A DNA stretch of 64,000 bases from the NCBI RefSeq assembly GCF_009914755.1, contig NC_060926.1; one strand, written 5' to 3'. The position numbers were made by a program, and so were the translations under genes. Origin of the DNA: the human T2T-CHM13v2.0 reference genome, Homo sapiens. Positions 11,950 to 27,960 of this stretch are shown in pieces (the stretch's first letter is position 1; every line of letters begins with the position of its first letter). The notes under the pieces were generated by a model. It worked only from the letters and a program-made list of their open reading frames with translations. It made no database searches and was not told the DNA's origin.

Positions 11950-13295
11950 GAATGAAAAGGAGAATGATACCTAATTTCTCAGAAGACATAGAACAATCTC
12001 TTCAACATTTTAAGAAAAATATACTTTCATCCTTGAATTATATTTTCAGAAAATCATTGAGTATGCATGCACAATGAAACATTTTTCAGGCATTTAAGTT
12101 CTCAAAATTTTACTGTTACTGTAACTTCTCTTAGAATAATATTAGAAGATATATCCAACAATATAAAAGTGTAAGAAAAGCAAATGGGAGACCCATGACC
12201 TAGAAATCAAGGGATTAGAGGAGAGACTCAGTGTAATAAGGGGACACAAGGAGCAATGTCTCCAAGAAAATATGATAAGACAGATAATACACTTGATAGA
12301 TTTGACCAAGAGTTTATAATATTAAAGGTCAGCATGAAAGAATAATAGAAGTGAAATGATAATGAAATTGAAAAACTAAGTGAAAAAAAGAAGAACGTTG
12401 CAAAATAAAGTAACATAATTATAGTAGTCGATGCAGGTGTGAATAATTCTTCATTAAAATTTATAAACACTGAACTTCGAATAACCAAAAATAGTTTTAT
12501 GAGAAGACATATAAAAATAAGAAGAGAATAAGTAAGGTCTAAAATAGTAATAACTAAAAAATACAAATATAAACAAATTATTTAGGGATGTGGAGGCAAA
12601 TGTCAGAAGTGATGGCTTGAAAATGTGGTGCTGCTGGGTCCAGCAATCCCACTACTGGGTATCTACCCAAAAGGAAAAGAAGTCATTATACGCAAAAGAT
12701 ACTTGCACTCGCATGTTTATAGCAGCACAATTAGTAATTGCAGAAATATGTAACCAGCCCAAATGCTGACGAATCAACGCGTGGATAAGGAAATTGTGAT
12801 CGATATATACCATGAAATACTATTTAGCCATAAAAAAAGGAACAAAATAATGGCATTTGCAGCAACCTGGATGGAACCAGAGACCATTATTCTAAGTGAA
12901 GTAACTCAGGAATAATGGAAAACCAAATACTGTATGTTCTCACTCATAAGTGGGAGCTAAGCTATGAGGATCCAAAGGCGTAAGAATGATACAGTGGACT
13001 TTGGGGACTTGGGGGAAAGTGTGGGAGGGGAGTGAGGGATAACAGACTACAAAGTGAGTGCAGTATATACTGATTGGGTGATGGGTGCACCAAAATCTCA
13101 CGAATCACCACTAAAGAACTTACTCATGGAACCAAGCACCACCTTTTCACCCCAAACCTATGGAAATTAAGAAAAAAAAAGTGTTGATGCAGATTCATAG
13201 ATGCATATGGATGAGGTACCAATTGGCTGTTTTTTACTTGTATCTTACAGTCTATTTGACTTGCTAAAGTGTCTGTATTATATCAAAGATAAAAT
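11950..13295 (+). mobile_element. HAL1 remnant, split by an L1PB1 insertion
   Basis: AAACATTTTTCAGGCATTTAAGTTCTCAAAATTTTAC, ATGTCTCCAAGAAAA and GGAGGCAAATGTCAGAAG resemble HAL1. The tail CTATTTGACTT resumes after 13180. Confidence 0.55.
12639..13180 (+). mobile_element. L1PB1-like 3' end
   Basis: GTGGGAGCTAAGCTATGAGGA..GATGGGTGCACCAAAATCTCA..ATCACCACTAAAGAACTTACTCATG followed by an A tail. Confidence 0.9.
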
Positions 13296-16200
13296 CTGTT
13301 ATATTATTTTTATTTTTGAAAAGATTTGGATTGGAGAACAGCATCAGGTCCTGAAAATAATAGTTTTCACATGTACAGGACTAAAAGGATTACTTTTCAC
13401 AAAGTGAGATCAGATGTATTACTTTTAAATATTGAAGGACATTAACCTTGCTTGCTCACATTTTTGCACATCCTCAAATATACTACTCACCCACATTTCA
13501 TCAGCTGTATATCTTATTTATTATAATGAAAACAAGAGCACTCAGGCTGACATGGCAGCTGTGTATTGAATGAGACAGTAAAAGGCTACACAACCGGTTG
13601 CCATAGGTTTGCATTTCTTGCAGTATTTCTAAATACCCAGCTTTGGCAGACCATTTATATACATGCTTAGCAACAATATATTATCTGTCAAATTAAAATG
13701 TATATTCATCACAGTTAGATATCATAACATTAAAAATTATAATTATTTTCTTATCTTAGATGACATGTTTTGCTTTTTTCTATAAATCGCCTTTATCTGA
13801 TTTCATGATGAGTAGCTTGTTTGTGATCCTGTTCGTTTCTTTTGTTATTCTTTACTTTTGATACATTTCACTACCCTGGCTTACCTTTATTTGTGGTCTG
13901 GAATGAGAGGAACTATTCAATCGCTATATTAAGTCTCCATATTAGGATCAAACATTAAATCATTTTAATAGGATTTTCTTACATCTGAGTTTTTCATGGG
14001 CTCTATCACAAGCTGAATTGACAAGCATATTAAACTAAAACACTGGGAACTTAAAATGATTCAACCTGGGAATTAGGGATGAACAAATTCATAATCCATT
14101 TATTTATTGCTTTCAGATCCAGAAATGATTTCATCACATTTTGTCTCAACATTCAGGTATGATTTGCAGATGACTGATAACAACCATCATGTTGTGGAAA
14201 AGAACACATCTCTCAGAAAGTTACACATGCGCATCAAGTTTTTGTTTGCCCACTAAGCCCAGGTATTTTATCTACTACATTGAATTCAATTTCGGTCTCA
14301 AAATAATAGGTTAAAACTCTTCAAGAAATAGATTATATTACTGAAATGTTCCATTTGTTTAATATACAAGAAATCACATAAATGGTCTTTACTAGCATTA
14401 ATATCAACAAAAAATGTTATTTTATCCATTATTTGCAATGATTATTTTAGTACGTTGACTCTTTGCTGTTGGTTTATTTAAAAATGGTAAAGCAAAGTTT
14501 TTCGCTTACTGACCATTTCTCCAAAGAGTGCACTGAAAACTATTATTGCTCTATGGCTGAGGTTTTACTGTATTTACAATTTACATTATTATCTTTAATA
14601 TAGAACCAAGATGCGGTAGAATTTTGTTATCTTCCTACTATTTTCTGTGAATAAAGCAGTGAGTGCACGGGCACTTAGGTGTAAACTTTTATTCATGTCC
14701 CAGCACCCTCTCTTGCATCATCGCTCCATCAGCCTTGATTCCAATAAAACCATGTATATCTACATCAAGGCTTACAAATAATAAATATGTAGTACTCACT
14801 ATATACGTACCAAGAATGGATTCATACATTGCACAATTGTAGCCAAATTTAAGTTTAAATGTCTGCAAGTCTGCACACATGATAGTACTTGCGTTTCCAA
14901 TTAAGGGACTTAATATGTGATTTTCAATGATGGCATTTGATAAAATATTTTGGCAATAGTTCCCTTTGTTTTTCTACAAGGACACAATTTAACTTTGTTG
15001 CTGGTTTCTGAGCTACTTTACAAGCAATTGACTAATTTCTGTTAAAAGAAAAACAACTTCAAAAGGCACTTTCATAAATTTGATATCCTCTCTTTCTTTT
15101 GTAAGTTTTAGCTAGCAAAATCATTCTGGATAGCGTTACTCTGCACAGGTTCAGGAAAATCTATTGATGCAATAGAAAATTTACCGTGTTTTATTTGAGA
15201 ATGACAGAAAAATAATCTATGGTTTCAAGGCACTTTGACAAATTTTGTTTAGCAGACAAGATGGTGGGGACTAGGGGAAAAGTGATTGTCTTTACAAAAA
15301 GAAATCTAATTTGTAGATATCTATATTACATAACTCAATTGTTTTTGTTTTAGATACATAGTCACCCCACCTGCATATTCACTTTTAGAGAACACACAGG
15401 TTCATTTTTTTAATTAATCATATTTCTGAACTTTATTATGCTTTATTGATAACTTCAAGTTTCAAGGTATCATTTTGAGCTAATGGAGGAATGCTTACTA
15501 CAATTTAGGACATAAAGTAAAAAAACAAAAATGAAAAAGCCAATTTGGAAAATGTAAACAATAGCCCTCAAGAGATGGGAAAATACTTTGGCCAAGACAA
15601 GGATCAACCTGTAAACTGAAAGCTATATAAGAAAAACTACTCAAAGTAGTCCTTGATCCAAACAGATGCAATTTTTAAATGTATAATGGTATTTTGGTGA
15701 AAACCTGAATCTTACACACAACGAAATCCGTGAAATAACCAGGGACAAATATATCATTAATTTTTACCCCCAAACTGCCAAATTGTTTATAAACTACTTG
15801 AGAGTCCACCAGTAACCTTCTGAACACACCTTGGAAATCCCTGCTTTATGGCCTTCTCCAAATCCTACCAAATCCTAAAAGCTAAAAGCTTTCAGCAGCT
15901 CATCTGTTTCTTGCCTGTAGCAAATATTTCACTCTTTTAAGTAACCAGGTGGAAGACAGATGGAAGTCCTTAACATCCCTTCTTACAGATGCTTAAAGGA
16001 AAAAGAGAAAAAGATAAAAGAATTCCTGCATATGGATAAAAAGCAGAATCTGAGCCAGATGGAAATGCATAAACCCTGGAATCACTGTAGTATTTGGTAA
16101 GAAAGCCCTAACTTCTGTGTTCTGCATCTCTGTCTGGCCTCCCTGCAAATTTTTATTGCCCTCTGAAGACACTTTCATATTAGTTGAACAGTCCTTTGGG

Positions 16201-16720
16201 AGACGAAGAAAGAGTTTAGAACAGTAAATAAAAATGCACACCTCTTACTGAGAACAATCCTTATTGCTTTCTCTTATACATTGGACAGTTCTACAGTGAG
16301 CATTAGCCATAGCAATTTTAACTAGAAATTTAGCCAAAATTGCAATGAAGTAATTAATCAGCTAGAATCAGAAAATAATTAGTGTCTGATCAGTTACTTT
16401 ACCTTTCTCAGTCTTTTATGTGAGAGAGCTGGCAGTTCCTGCTAATGCATACTGAGAAGGCAGGTTAGTATCACCCATGCTGGCTTTGGTAATCAAGGCG
16501 AGTTTGATGAAATGATTTTACTCAGTTACAATTTCTTCAATCAATGTATAATACATAGAAGTCTATATTTTACCAAGAAAAATCCATAAATTGACAAATT
16601 GCAGCACATTCCAAGATGCATGATTTATATTTGTTCACTCATTGTGAAAATTCATCTTTGAATTTCATGATTTTTATAAAGCTTGCTGTGCTTCCAACAT
16701 GAAAAAATAATAATAATAAC

Positions 16721-17025
<305 letters not shown>

Positions 17026-17423
17026 TTAATGTTAATTCTAAACTAAATAAAAAGACTATAACAGGCAACTTGTTTATTTTGAAAAGAATTTCATTTTACA
17101 GGTATTTTGAGACAATAAAATTAGTAATGCATTTAAACAACCTATCTAGTTTATGCTAGATAGTTCAGTCTAAATTGACGATTAGTCTAAACTGACCATC
17201 AGGTTTAAATTGCATGATAGCTGTTCTAACACGTACCATCCTTGACTCTCAAATAGTGTCTATATGGGTGAGAAATATAACTCCCTATAGTTGAAAATCA
17301 TGATTGGAGGGTTAAATATATTTACGTTTGTTCATTTTTAAACCCTTATATTAAAATTATGTATATGATATACAGCTAATATGTCAACTTTTCATGAAAA
17401 TGTATCTACAACAGCATATCTAA

Positions 17424-17746
<323 letters not shown>

Positions 17747-17809
17747 ACACAGTGAACTTTTAAATTTCCACAATAATCATCATTACTCAGTCAGCGCTTA
17801 TTCTTCTCC

Positions 17810-17998
17810 AGTTACTGTGCTACGTCCTTACATGTATTGCTCCTAACTCAATCGGCCTTATAAAGTGGACATCATTAATTTTCCTTTAGAGGTGAAGAAA
17901 ATGAGTCAGGGAAAGGAAAAATAACTTGTCCGAATCACACAGAAGACAAGGACCTGAGATATTTTTTTCTTGTAATTATTCTTTGTCTGACTTGAAAG
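17810..17998 (-). mobile_element. MIR
   Basis: TTTAGAGGTGAAGAAAATGAG...AATAACTTGTCCGAATCACACAG resembles the antisense MIR core. Confidence 0.65.
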
Positions 17999-18194
17999 AT
18001 AGTGCCAGGCTCTATAAAACTAGCTGTGTTACACATAGAGACATTTACCATGTGAGCACTGATATTATAGTATAATTGCTTATACATGGAATGTATTTCC
18101 TCCATTGGACTGGGAAGTCCTACAAAGCTATACACAAGCTTTCTTTGTATCCTTTAGCTTCATATGAACTATCCAGGTATCTTGTTATATACAG

Positions 18195-18299
18195 TGTCTG
18201 ATTCAGTTGGTTTGAGGCTGCCCTGATAATCTGCATTTCTAACAAGCTTCTAGGTGACATAAATGCTTCTTGCCGTAAGAATCATTTTGAGTTGCAAAG
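18195..18299. mobile_element. MER5A (hAT-Charlie MITE) fragment within an L2 tail
   Basis: TCTGATTCAGTTGGTTTGAGG...AATCTGCATTTCTAACAAGCTTCTAGGTGA. Confidence 0.7.
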
Positions 18300-18509
18300 C
18301 TTTACATACTTAGTCACGCAGATTTTCATGTAAGTATTCACTTAACAAATGTGCCTGAATGCAAGAATGTATGATTTCATGAATGAACAAATAGCTGTCT
18401 CAAAGATAACTAGGCAAATTCACAATGTCAGTACCTGGGAAAGTTTCCATAGGCAGCTAACTAAAAATACTTCTCATTTTAGAAAGGTAAGGAGTTACCA
18501 AAATACTTA

Positions 18510-18782
<273 letters not shown>

Positions 18783-18937
18783 TCACAACTTCCTGTGCCT
18801 GTAATGTTATCCTCCTCTCTGCTCACCACAATCAATTCCTGTCATTTTTCCTAGATCCAGTTGCTGTAATTAATATTTCCTAAACCTTTATCTGATCAAT
18901 AATTCATCATTCAATTTGCCATGCACATACTTACAAC

Positions 18938-19175
18938 AATTCATTTATTTGTCTTTCAATAAGCATTCATTGGGTACTTACTATGTACCAGGCTTTATGA
19001 TGGATATTTGCCTACTACACAGTATATAAAATTGCATCACGCTCATTTGATTATTAGTCTTCTTGTATGGATTTTAAGCACATTAAAGGCAAAGATGAAA
19101 ACCTTATACTTTTTGCACCCCCAGTGCTATTAGAGTATCTTGGTTACTAATAAAAATGTGTGTTTGCTAACTAAG
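18938..19175. mobile_element. Two L2 3'-end fragments in opposite orientation
   Basis: TTCAATAAGCATTCATTGGGTACTTACTATGTACCAGGC (-) and AAGGCAAAGA...TTTGCACCCCCAGTGCT...AATAAAAATG (+). Confidence 0.55.
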
Positions 19176-20136
19176 AAATTGTTAAAACTTTGGCTATCTT
19201 AAATATAATCTAAATGTGATATAATAACCAGTACCTTTGATGTTCATGCAAGTCTTGATTAAAATCTGAGCCAATAGATGAGACCCCTGGGTACACACTT
19301 CACAATATTGCCATTCATGTGGCCTCCTTCAAAAACATGTTCTTCGTGTCATACCCTCCACTTCTGCCAATTTTTATTCACCTCTTTCACAACCAGTTTT
19401 CTAAGGTATCTTAGGGTATTTTTTTGATATCTTTGTGAGAGTTCATATGCATTGCTCACTATGTGTTTCAGAGATACGCATATCTAGAGATTAGGCAAGA
19501 GTCTGTCAATCTGTTGAAAAGATTGAGGCCTACTTAATGAGAGAATAGAAATCATATCCCTTCAGGTTAAATTGTAGGTGTTTCCATCAGCTTGTGCCAA
19601 TCGCCTACACAATTATTGCATATGATGATTCAGATATCCAGATTATAGAATCTGATTATTTGAAAGGCTGGGAAATTGTGGAAGTTTTGAAAGTCAGCAA
19701 GCGAATAAAATAACAAGTCACATCAGGAAGTTGTGGCCTGATTTAAAACAAGCACTGCTTTTATTTTCTCCTCTGACTTAAGGCGAAATAAACTGCTTGT
19801 CCTCCTAATTTCATCCCTACACAGTAATTGTAAGCTAAATTTTTATTCTATGATAGTAGAAAGAAGAATTTTAGAAATAATAATCTTTCTATGCAAGTTC
19901 AATAACACAAGTTTCCTGAGCTACTTTGTTCTTGTCTGGGTGGGTGGCAGTGATAAATGGGAGACAATGCTGGGCTTGTCACACTCCATCAATGACACAA
20001 AAATAAGCAATCCAAAAGAGTATAGAGATTTTTTTATTTCTAAAAGAATAATTCCAAATATCACTCCATGTGGAAGTAGATCATTGTAACCATTTTTACA
20101 TACAATTAGTTCTACAATGCTGTCTTTGGACCTTAT

Positions 20137-21842
<1,706 letters not shown>

Positions 21843-21959
21843 TTATCAGGGCTCCTGCTCCTTGAAATTCAAGTGTATTCATGTGTTGGGGGGTGGCAAT
21901 ATGGTGGTGTGGTTAATTTCTCATAGAGTTTTCAGTATTTCCAGAAGAAGTCATGTTTC

Positions 21960-22075
21960 AAGTTGAGGAAGCTGAAGTACAGAGTGGTTAATGAATTCCT
22001 CTAATCAATGGAGTAAATTGCTAGCAAACTCAGCAGCAGGATTAAAATCTGAGAGCTCCAACGCAGTTCTTTTTG
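21960..22075 (-). mobile_element. MIR fragment
   Basis: TGAGGAAGCTGAAGTACAGAGTGGTTAATGAATT...CAGGATTAAAATCTG. Confidence 0.55.
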
Positions 22076-22309
22076 TACCATATTTTCCCACTTTAATTAT
22101 AAATCACAACTGCAAAATTCCAGATGATTAAATAGTTTTCTATTAAAAAAAGGCAAGTTGTTTGGACAGCATCATTTTTTTACCTTACAGTCTTTTAAAA
22201 GTCTCTGAGTAGGTGTCTTATAGTAAGGAATCAGAGTATCTCCAGGAGATAAGTGAAGAGACAAAAGGGAAATTATGTTATTCTTGGTTGCACATTTATT
22301 GAGATTTAT

Positions 22310-22720
22310 CTATTAGGAGGCCTTTGACTGCAAAAACCAGGATGCCCAACCAAAAGTGGCTTAGAAGATAAGGTATTTTTTACCTTAAATAATAATTCTG
22401 GAGGCACATGGCTTTTCTATAATTGGTTTCATCAACTCAGAAGTATAACTAATGACACATGTTTCTGTAGTTACATTGAGCCACCTTAACCATGGCCATG
22501 TTCCTCTCTCATTGTCACAGGATGGTTGCTTCATAAGACACATGAGACATGGCTACATCCAGGGAAGATGAAGACAAGCATTTCTCCTTGTGTCATTTTG
22601 GAGAAAATTTTTTTCCAGAAAATCACCAGTTGGCTTTTCCTCTGATCCCATTGTCCAGAATGGGGTTTTCGTATAGTAGGCTGAGAAAGAAAGAATCTAG
22701 AATTTTGGGCTCTGTGGAGG
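22310..22720 (-). mobile_element. Ancient MaLR/ERVL LTR (MLT1K/LTR33-like)
   Basis: GACTGCAAAAACCAG...AAAAGTGGCTTAGAAG...CATTGTCACAGGATGGTTGCT pattern, highly diverged. Confidence 0.5.
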
Positions 22721-23099
22721 TAGATAGGATTCAGCCTAAATAAGGTAGTAGAGTGATTGGGCCACAGAAAGTGTATGACATATAGGAAGTGCAGGTATTT
22801 CAAACAGATACCATTATTCATCCTAACGGCTACCAAAATCCAAATATTATCATTTATAATGGTATTTACAAGATATTTTTAAACTTTCAGGAACTCAATT
22901 GTAGAATTTCATATTTTAGCTTTTAAATTCACTTTTACTATAATATTTGTATATTTCTATGTAAACCCAGTAATTTATGTCTGTGGGAAATAAGCCAATT
23001 CCAAACAAATGAATAACAGGCAATTGGTAGATGAGGCTAATAGGTTAATACACACAAATACACACACACACCCACACACACTTTAACATTAAACATTTT

Positions 23100-25125
23100 A
23101 TGACATATTCTGTAGACATCAAATAAACGTTATTTGAAAAATACCATAGAATATCAACCTTTCTTCTTAAGAGACAATGAAATAGATCTCACCACTATGT
23201 GGGTGGTTGGTTAAGATTAAGGCCACAAGGTATTTTTGTTTTTGAAACGGTTTGTTTCAGCTATCCTAAAACTTACATGCAAGGGCAAATAAACTGGAAT
23301 AATTTCAACAATTTAAAAAGAAGCAAGGTCAAAAGAATCACCATACCTGATTTTACGATTTACTATAAATCTACTCTAATAAAGAAAATGGTATTGGTGA
23401 AGAAAGAAATAGGTTCCTGAAATGGAATAAGCAGCATATGCATAGACTTGAACAAATTTAGCCATTTGATATTTGACAAAGGTTAAACAATTAAATAAAA
23501 AGGATAGTCTTTGCAGCAAATGGTATTGAAACAATTGGTTCTCTATAGGCAAAAACAATGAACTATGACCTAAACTTCAAACTCATGAAAAAGTCAACTC
23601 AAAATAGATCACAGATTTTTTTTTATTATCCTTTAAGTTCTAGGGTACACGTGCACAATGTGCAGCTTTGTTACATATGTATACATGTGCCATGTTGTTG
23701 TGCTGCACCCATTAACTCATCTTTACATTACATATATCTCCTAACACTATCCCTCCCCCCTCCCCCCACTCCACAACAGGCCCTGGTGTGTGATGTTCCC
23801 CTTCCTGTGTGCAAGTGTTCTCCTTGTTCAATTCCCACCTATGAGTGGGAACATGCAGTGTTTGGTTTTTTGTCCTTGTGATAGTTTGCTGAGAATGATT
23901 GTTTCCAGCTTCATCCATGTCCCTACAAAGGACATGAACTCATCGTTTTTTTGTGGCTGCATAGTATTCCATGGTGTATATGTGCCACATTTTCTTAATT
24001 CACAATAGCAAAGACTTGGAACCAACCCAAATGTCCATCAATGATAGACTGGATTTAGATCACAGATTTAAATGTAAAATGAAAAACTATAAAAATTTTA
24101 GAATAAACTCAGTAGAAAATTATCATAACCCAGAATCAGGACTAGAGTTCTGAGAAACAATCCTAATAGCATGTTCTATGACAAACATGATAAATAAGAG
24201 TTTACCAAACTTACAAGCTTTTGTTCTGTCAAAGATACTATCAAGAAAGTGAAGAAACAAGATATGGATTGAAATAAAATATTTCCAAACCATATATCCA
24301 GAAAGAATTTGGTATCAAGTCCACACAGAGAACTCCCAAAAACTCAATTAACAAGACAACAAATAATTTAAGAAATGAACAAAAGACTTGAATACACTGT
24401 TTACCAAAGATAATATAAGAATGGCAAATAATCACATAAAAAGATGTCCAACATCATTAGCTACTAGGAAAATACAAATTTAAATGACAATAAGGTAAGA
24501 TTACACAACTCTTAGGGTAACTAAAATAAAATTACAGACTATACAAAATGCAGACAGGGATGCAGAGCAACTGGGACTTTCAGGTATTGCCTGTGGGAAT
24601 GTGAAATGTTATAGCCACTCTGGAAAACTGTTTAGCAATTCTTATAAATTTAGACATAGACTTAGCATTTAATCCAGCAATCTCATTCCTGAGTATTATA
24701 CCCTTGAAAAATGAAAATATTTGTTCATGCCAAAACATATACATGTATATTTACAGCAGCTTTACTTATCATTTCTAGAAGTTGGAAACAACCCAAATGA
24801 CCTTTAAAGGGTCATTTGTATAAACAAATTCTGGTATATCTATACCATGGGACACTATTCAGCAATGAAAAGAAACAAACTGTGGTCACAGGCAGAAATT
24901 TGGAAGAATATTAAGAACATTGTGATGAGAGAAATCTGTCCCCAAATTTGAGAGTATCAAGGAAGCAAGTACTATTAAAGACAGCATAGGTTGTGGGGGA
25001 AGAGAGGGGGGTGTGTTTGGGAAGAAGCATATGGGGTAGGAATTCTGGGGTGGCTGGCAAAGTTTTTTCTTGACCAATATGATGGTTGCAAAATTATTTG
25101 ACTTGAAACAGTTTATTAAGGTATG
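23100..25125 (+). mobile_element. Old L1M ORF2 C-terminus and 3' UTR, interrupted by an L1PA
   Basis: Motifs include ATGGTATTGGTGAAG, TTGACAAAGG, AAATGGTATTGAAACAATTGG and CCAGCAATCTCATTCCTGAGTAT. The sequence is continuous across the 23619-24055 insertion. Confidence 0.82.
23619..24055 (-). mobile_element. L1PA 3' end with inverted 5' segment (twin priming)
   Basis: 23619-23999 is antisense L1PA 3' UTR, and 24000-24055 is the adjacent upstream L1 segment in the opposite orientation. Perfect 14-bp TSD TAGATCACAGATTT at 23605-23618 and 24056-24069. Confidence 0.93.
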
Positions 25126-25575
25126 AATTGTGGATTTGTTCTTTTCAGTTCAGTGAGTTTTGCTTTATATATTTTATAGCTTTTTTGTTCTATTATACAC
25201 ATTTAGGATTACTACATTTTGGCAGATTGATCTTTATTGTTATGTAATATCTCTCCCTTTTCTTGGTAATTTTCTTTGAAGTCCACCTTATATGATATTA
25301 ATATAGCCTCTATAACTTCCTTTTGATCAATTTTCCATGATATGTATTTTTACATTCTTTTGATTTCAAAATATCTATATCAAAATATTTGAAGTGAGAT
25401 TCTTGAAACAATACATACTTAGTTGTTAAGTGGATTTCTTGATCCACTCTGCCAATATCTGTATTTTAATTGAGCAGTTAGGCCATTAATATTTAATGTA
25501 ATTACTGATTTGTTAAGATTTAAATCTTCCCTTGTATGTTTGGTTTGCCGATTGTTCTCTCTTAAATTTTCTGTT
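25126..25575 (-). mobile_element. Old L1M fragment, antisense (EN region)
   Basis: T-rich TTTTGCTTTATATATTTT...TACACATTTAGGATT...TGATATTAATATAGC...TTTAATGTAATTACTGAT. Confidence 0.7.
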
Positions 25576-26531
25576 ATGGAATTCTAATAATTTCTTTACA
25601 TGCCATAACCTCTGAGAACATTCACCTCACATTATTAGTATATGAGTAACATGGTTAGTGACTATAAAGGAGAACAAAGCTCAGGATTACATAGACTTTT
25701 TCACATTACCTGGTGTGGAGGGGAGAAAGAGTGCAACATGCAGGGGTTTCTGTTGCACAGCTAAGACAAACCAAGACAAAAGGCTGTAATGTTACTTAAT
25801 TCTTAACTGCTAGGACTCCAAAATATTTTCTAGTGAGAATGAATATGATACTTCGATTCTGAATAAACTGACCTCACATCAACTATATATCTAGTGCTAA
25901 TTCTGTGGCCCTCCACCTAGAAATATTAAGATGTTGCTGCTCATTCAGAGACCAGTATATGGTTTAGACTTCCTCTTTCATAGGAGGCTCATAAATGTGT
26001 CAGACAGAGGGAGGCACCTGATTTAAAGTAGCCAATCAATAATAAGGTTATTTGTTTATAATAGCCTTAGAATGAGAAGATGAATTAGCCCAATTAGATT
26101 TTATTTCTTTGAAATCTAAATATAGTGATTAAGAAAAGAAAATAGAAACACAAAGTTATGAAAGTTAATTAACTTTAATGAGCTTATATTAATAAACTAT
26201 TTTGTATCAAAGAAATATAAGAACATGGGAAACTAAGTATAGATTAAGATTTGTTGATGATAAAAATAGGGTATAAAGCATTAAACTGCTTAAAACTAAC
26301 GTGTTCTCATATCGATATATCTACAGAAAAATAATGCTATTTGGGGTCATCTTACATGTAGGATAATGAGGATATCTGCAATAAACATGAGTTTTCTAGA
26401 CCTTCTTGAGACCACTTAACCTTCATTACTGTTCACCTCTTTTCTCCATTATGCTAATTAAGGCAGCAAATTAACTTAAAACTTTTAATATTGTATAAAC
26501 TCCAAGAGTTATTTAAAAACGTATAAAATCA

Positions 26532-26852
<321 letters not shown>

Positions 26853-27960
26853 GAACATATAAAATCAGTGCAAATCTGTACTATATCGTCATACACAGTT
26901 TATCTTTGACCATTAAAACCAATCTCCTCTTCAAAGATTGTATGTCTGAGGTAGAAAAGGTACAATATATTATACAAACATAAAAATGCCTATAATAAAT
27001 AATACCAGTCTTTAGGGAGGATCCATTAGCTTTTCACTGTGCATGATTCTAATAAATTAATGGACTTTGTTTTCACTTATCTTTTAATAAATGCATTGCA
27101 TCAACTTTGAATGTAAATATAAGAAAGTTGATCAAACGCAACTTTGCAATAAAGGTTATTTTCATTGAGCACTTGAAAATTATATTTAAATTCTTAGTCA
27201 ACACTGTAGAGAAAAAGAGTTAATTGGATAATTACACTCTAAAAATATGAGAATGTAACTCTTAACATGGCACATGATTTAATTATTAATAGGCATAATA
27301 TATTTAAGGAACTCAGTTTTCATTTTGAAATATTTCAGTTTTCAAGATGACTTCGCATTGTTAGCCATAGAGCGTCTCAAGTAAGAAAAATATAAATTTC
27401 CATTTCATGTATTTCTAAGGGTATATAAAAATATTACCTTAAAAAAATAAGAACTTGTCAAGTGTTGTTACTTATATTTTTATAGATCTTATAAAGTGAG
27501 ATATCCCTGGTTCATTTTCTCCAACGTAGAATGCATGGAACTAATTTGTTTGCATCAATAGTTATCTGTGAAATAAATATGTGGAAGACATAGGCATGAA
27601 TATTTTTTCAAAAGAAGAATTTTACACTGCATAATTACTATTATATATATTAGAGCAATGAAAGCCTTTGAAGTCAAATCTCTAATCTACATAATCACAA
27701 CAGCTTCAGATGATTTACATGCATATAAAAATTGATTATTTATATTATTGTATGTATTTCTAAGTAGTTGTCAATACTATAAAGCCTCCTAAATTATATT
27801 AGAAATATGCTAATATTGGTTTTATTTTTATTCATTTAGCATTCAAAAATATGCTTTGAAAATCTACTTTTTTCAAGCACAATTTTTTTTTATTTATAGA
27901 GGACAGTGTTTTGGTTCCAAATATAAATAAATATTTATTTAATATTTGCTGAGGCAGATT

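Noticed and set aside
17167-17200. 17-bp imperfect tandem repeat (a similar one lies at 10695-10728)
   Set aside because: Ordinary short slippage products with no further structure.
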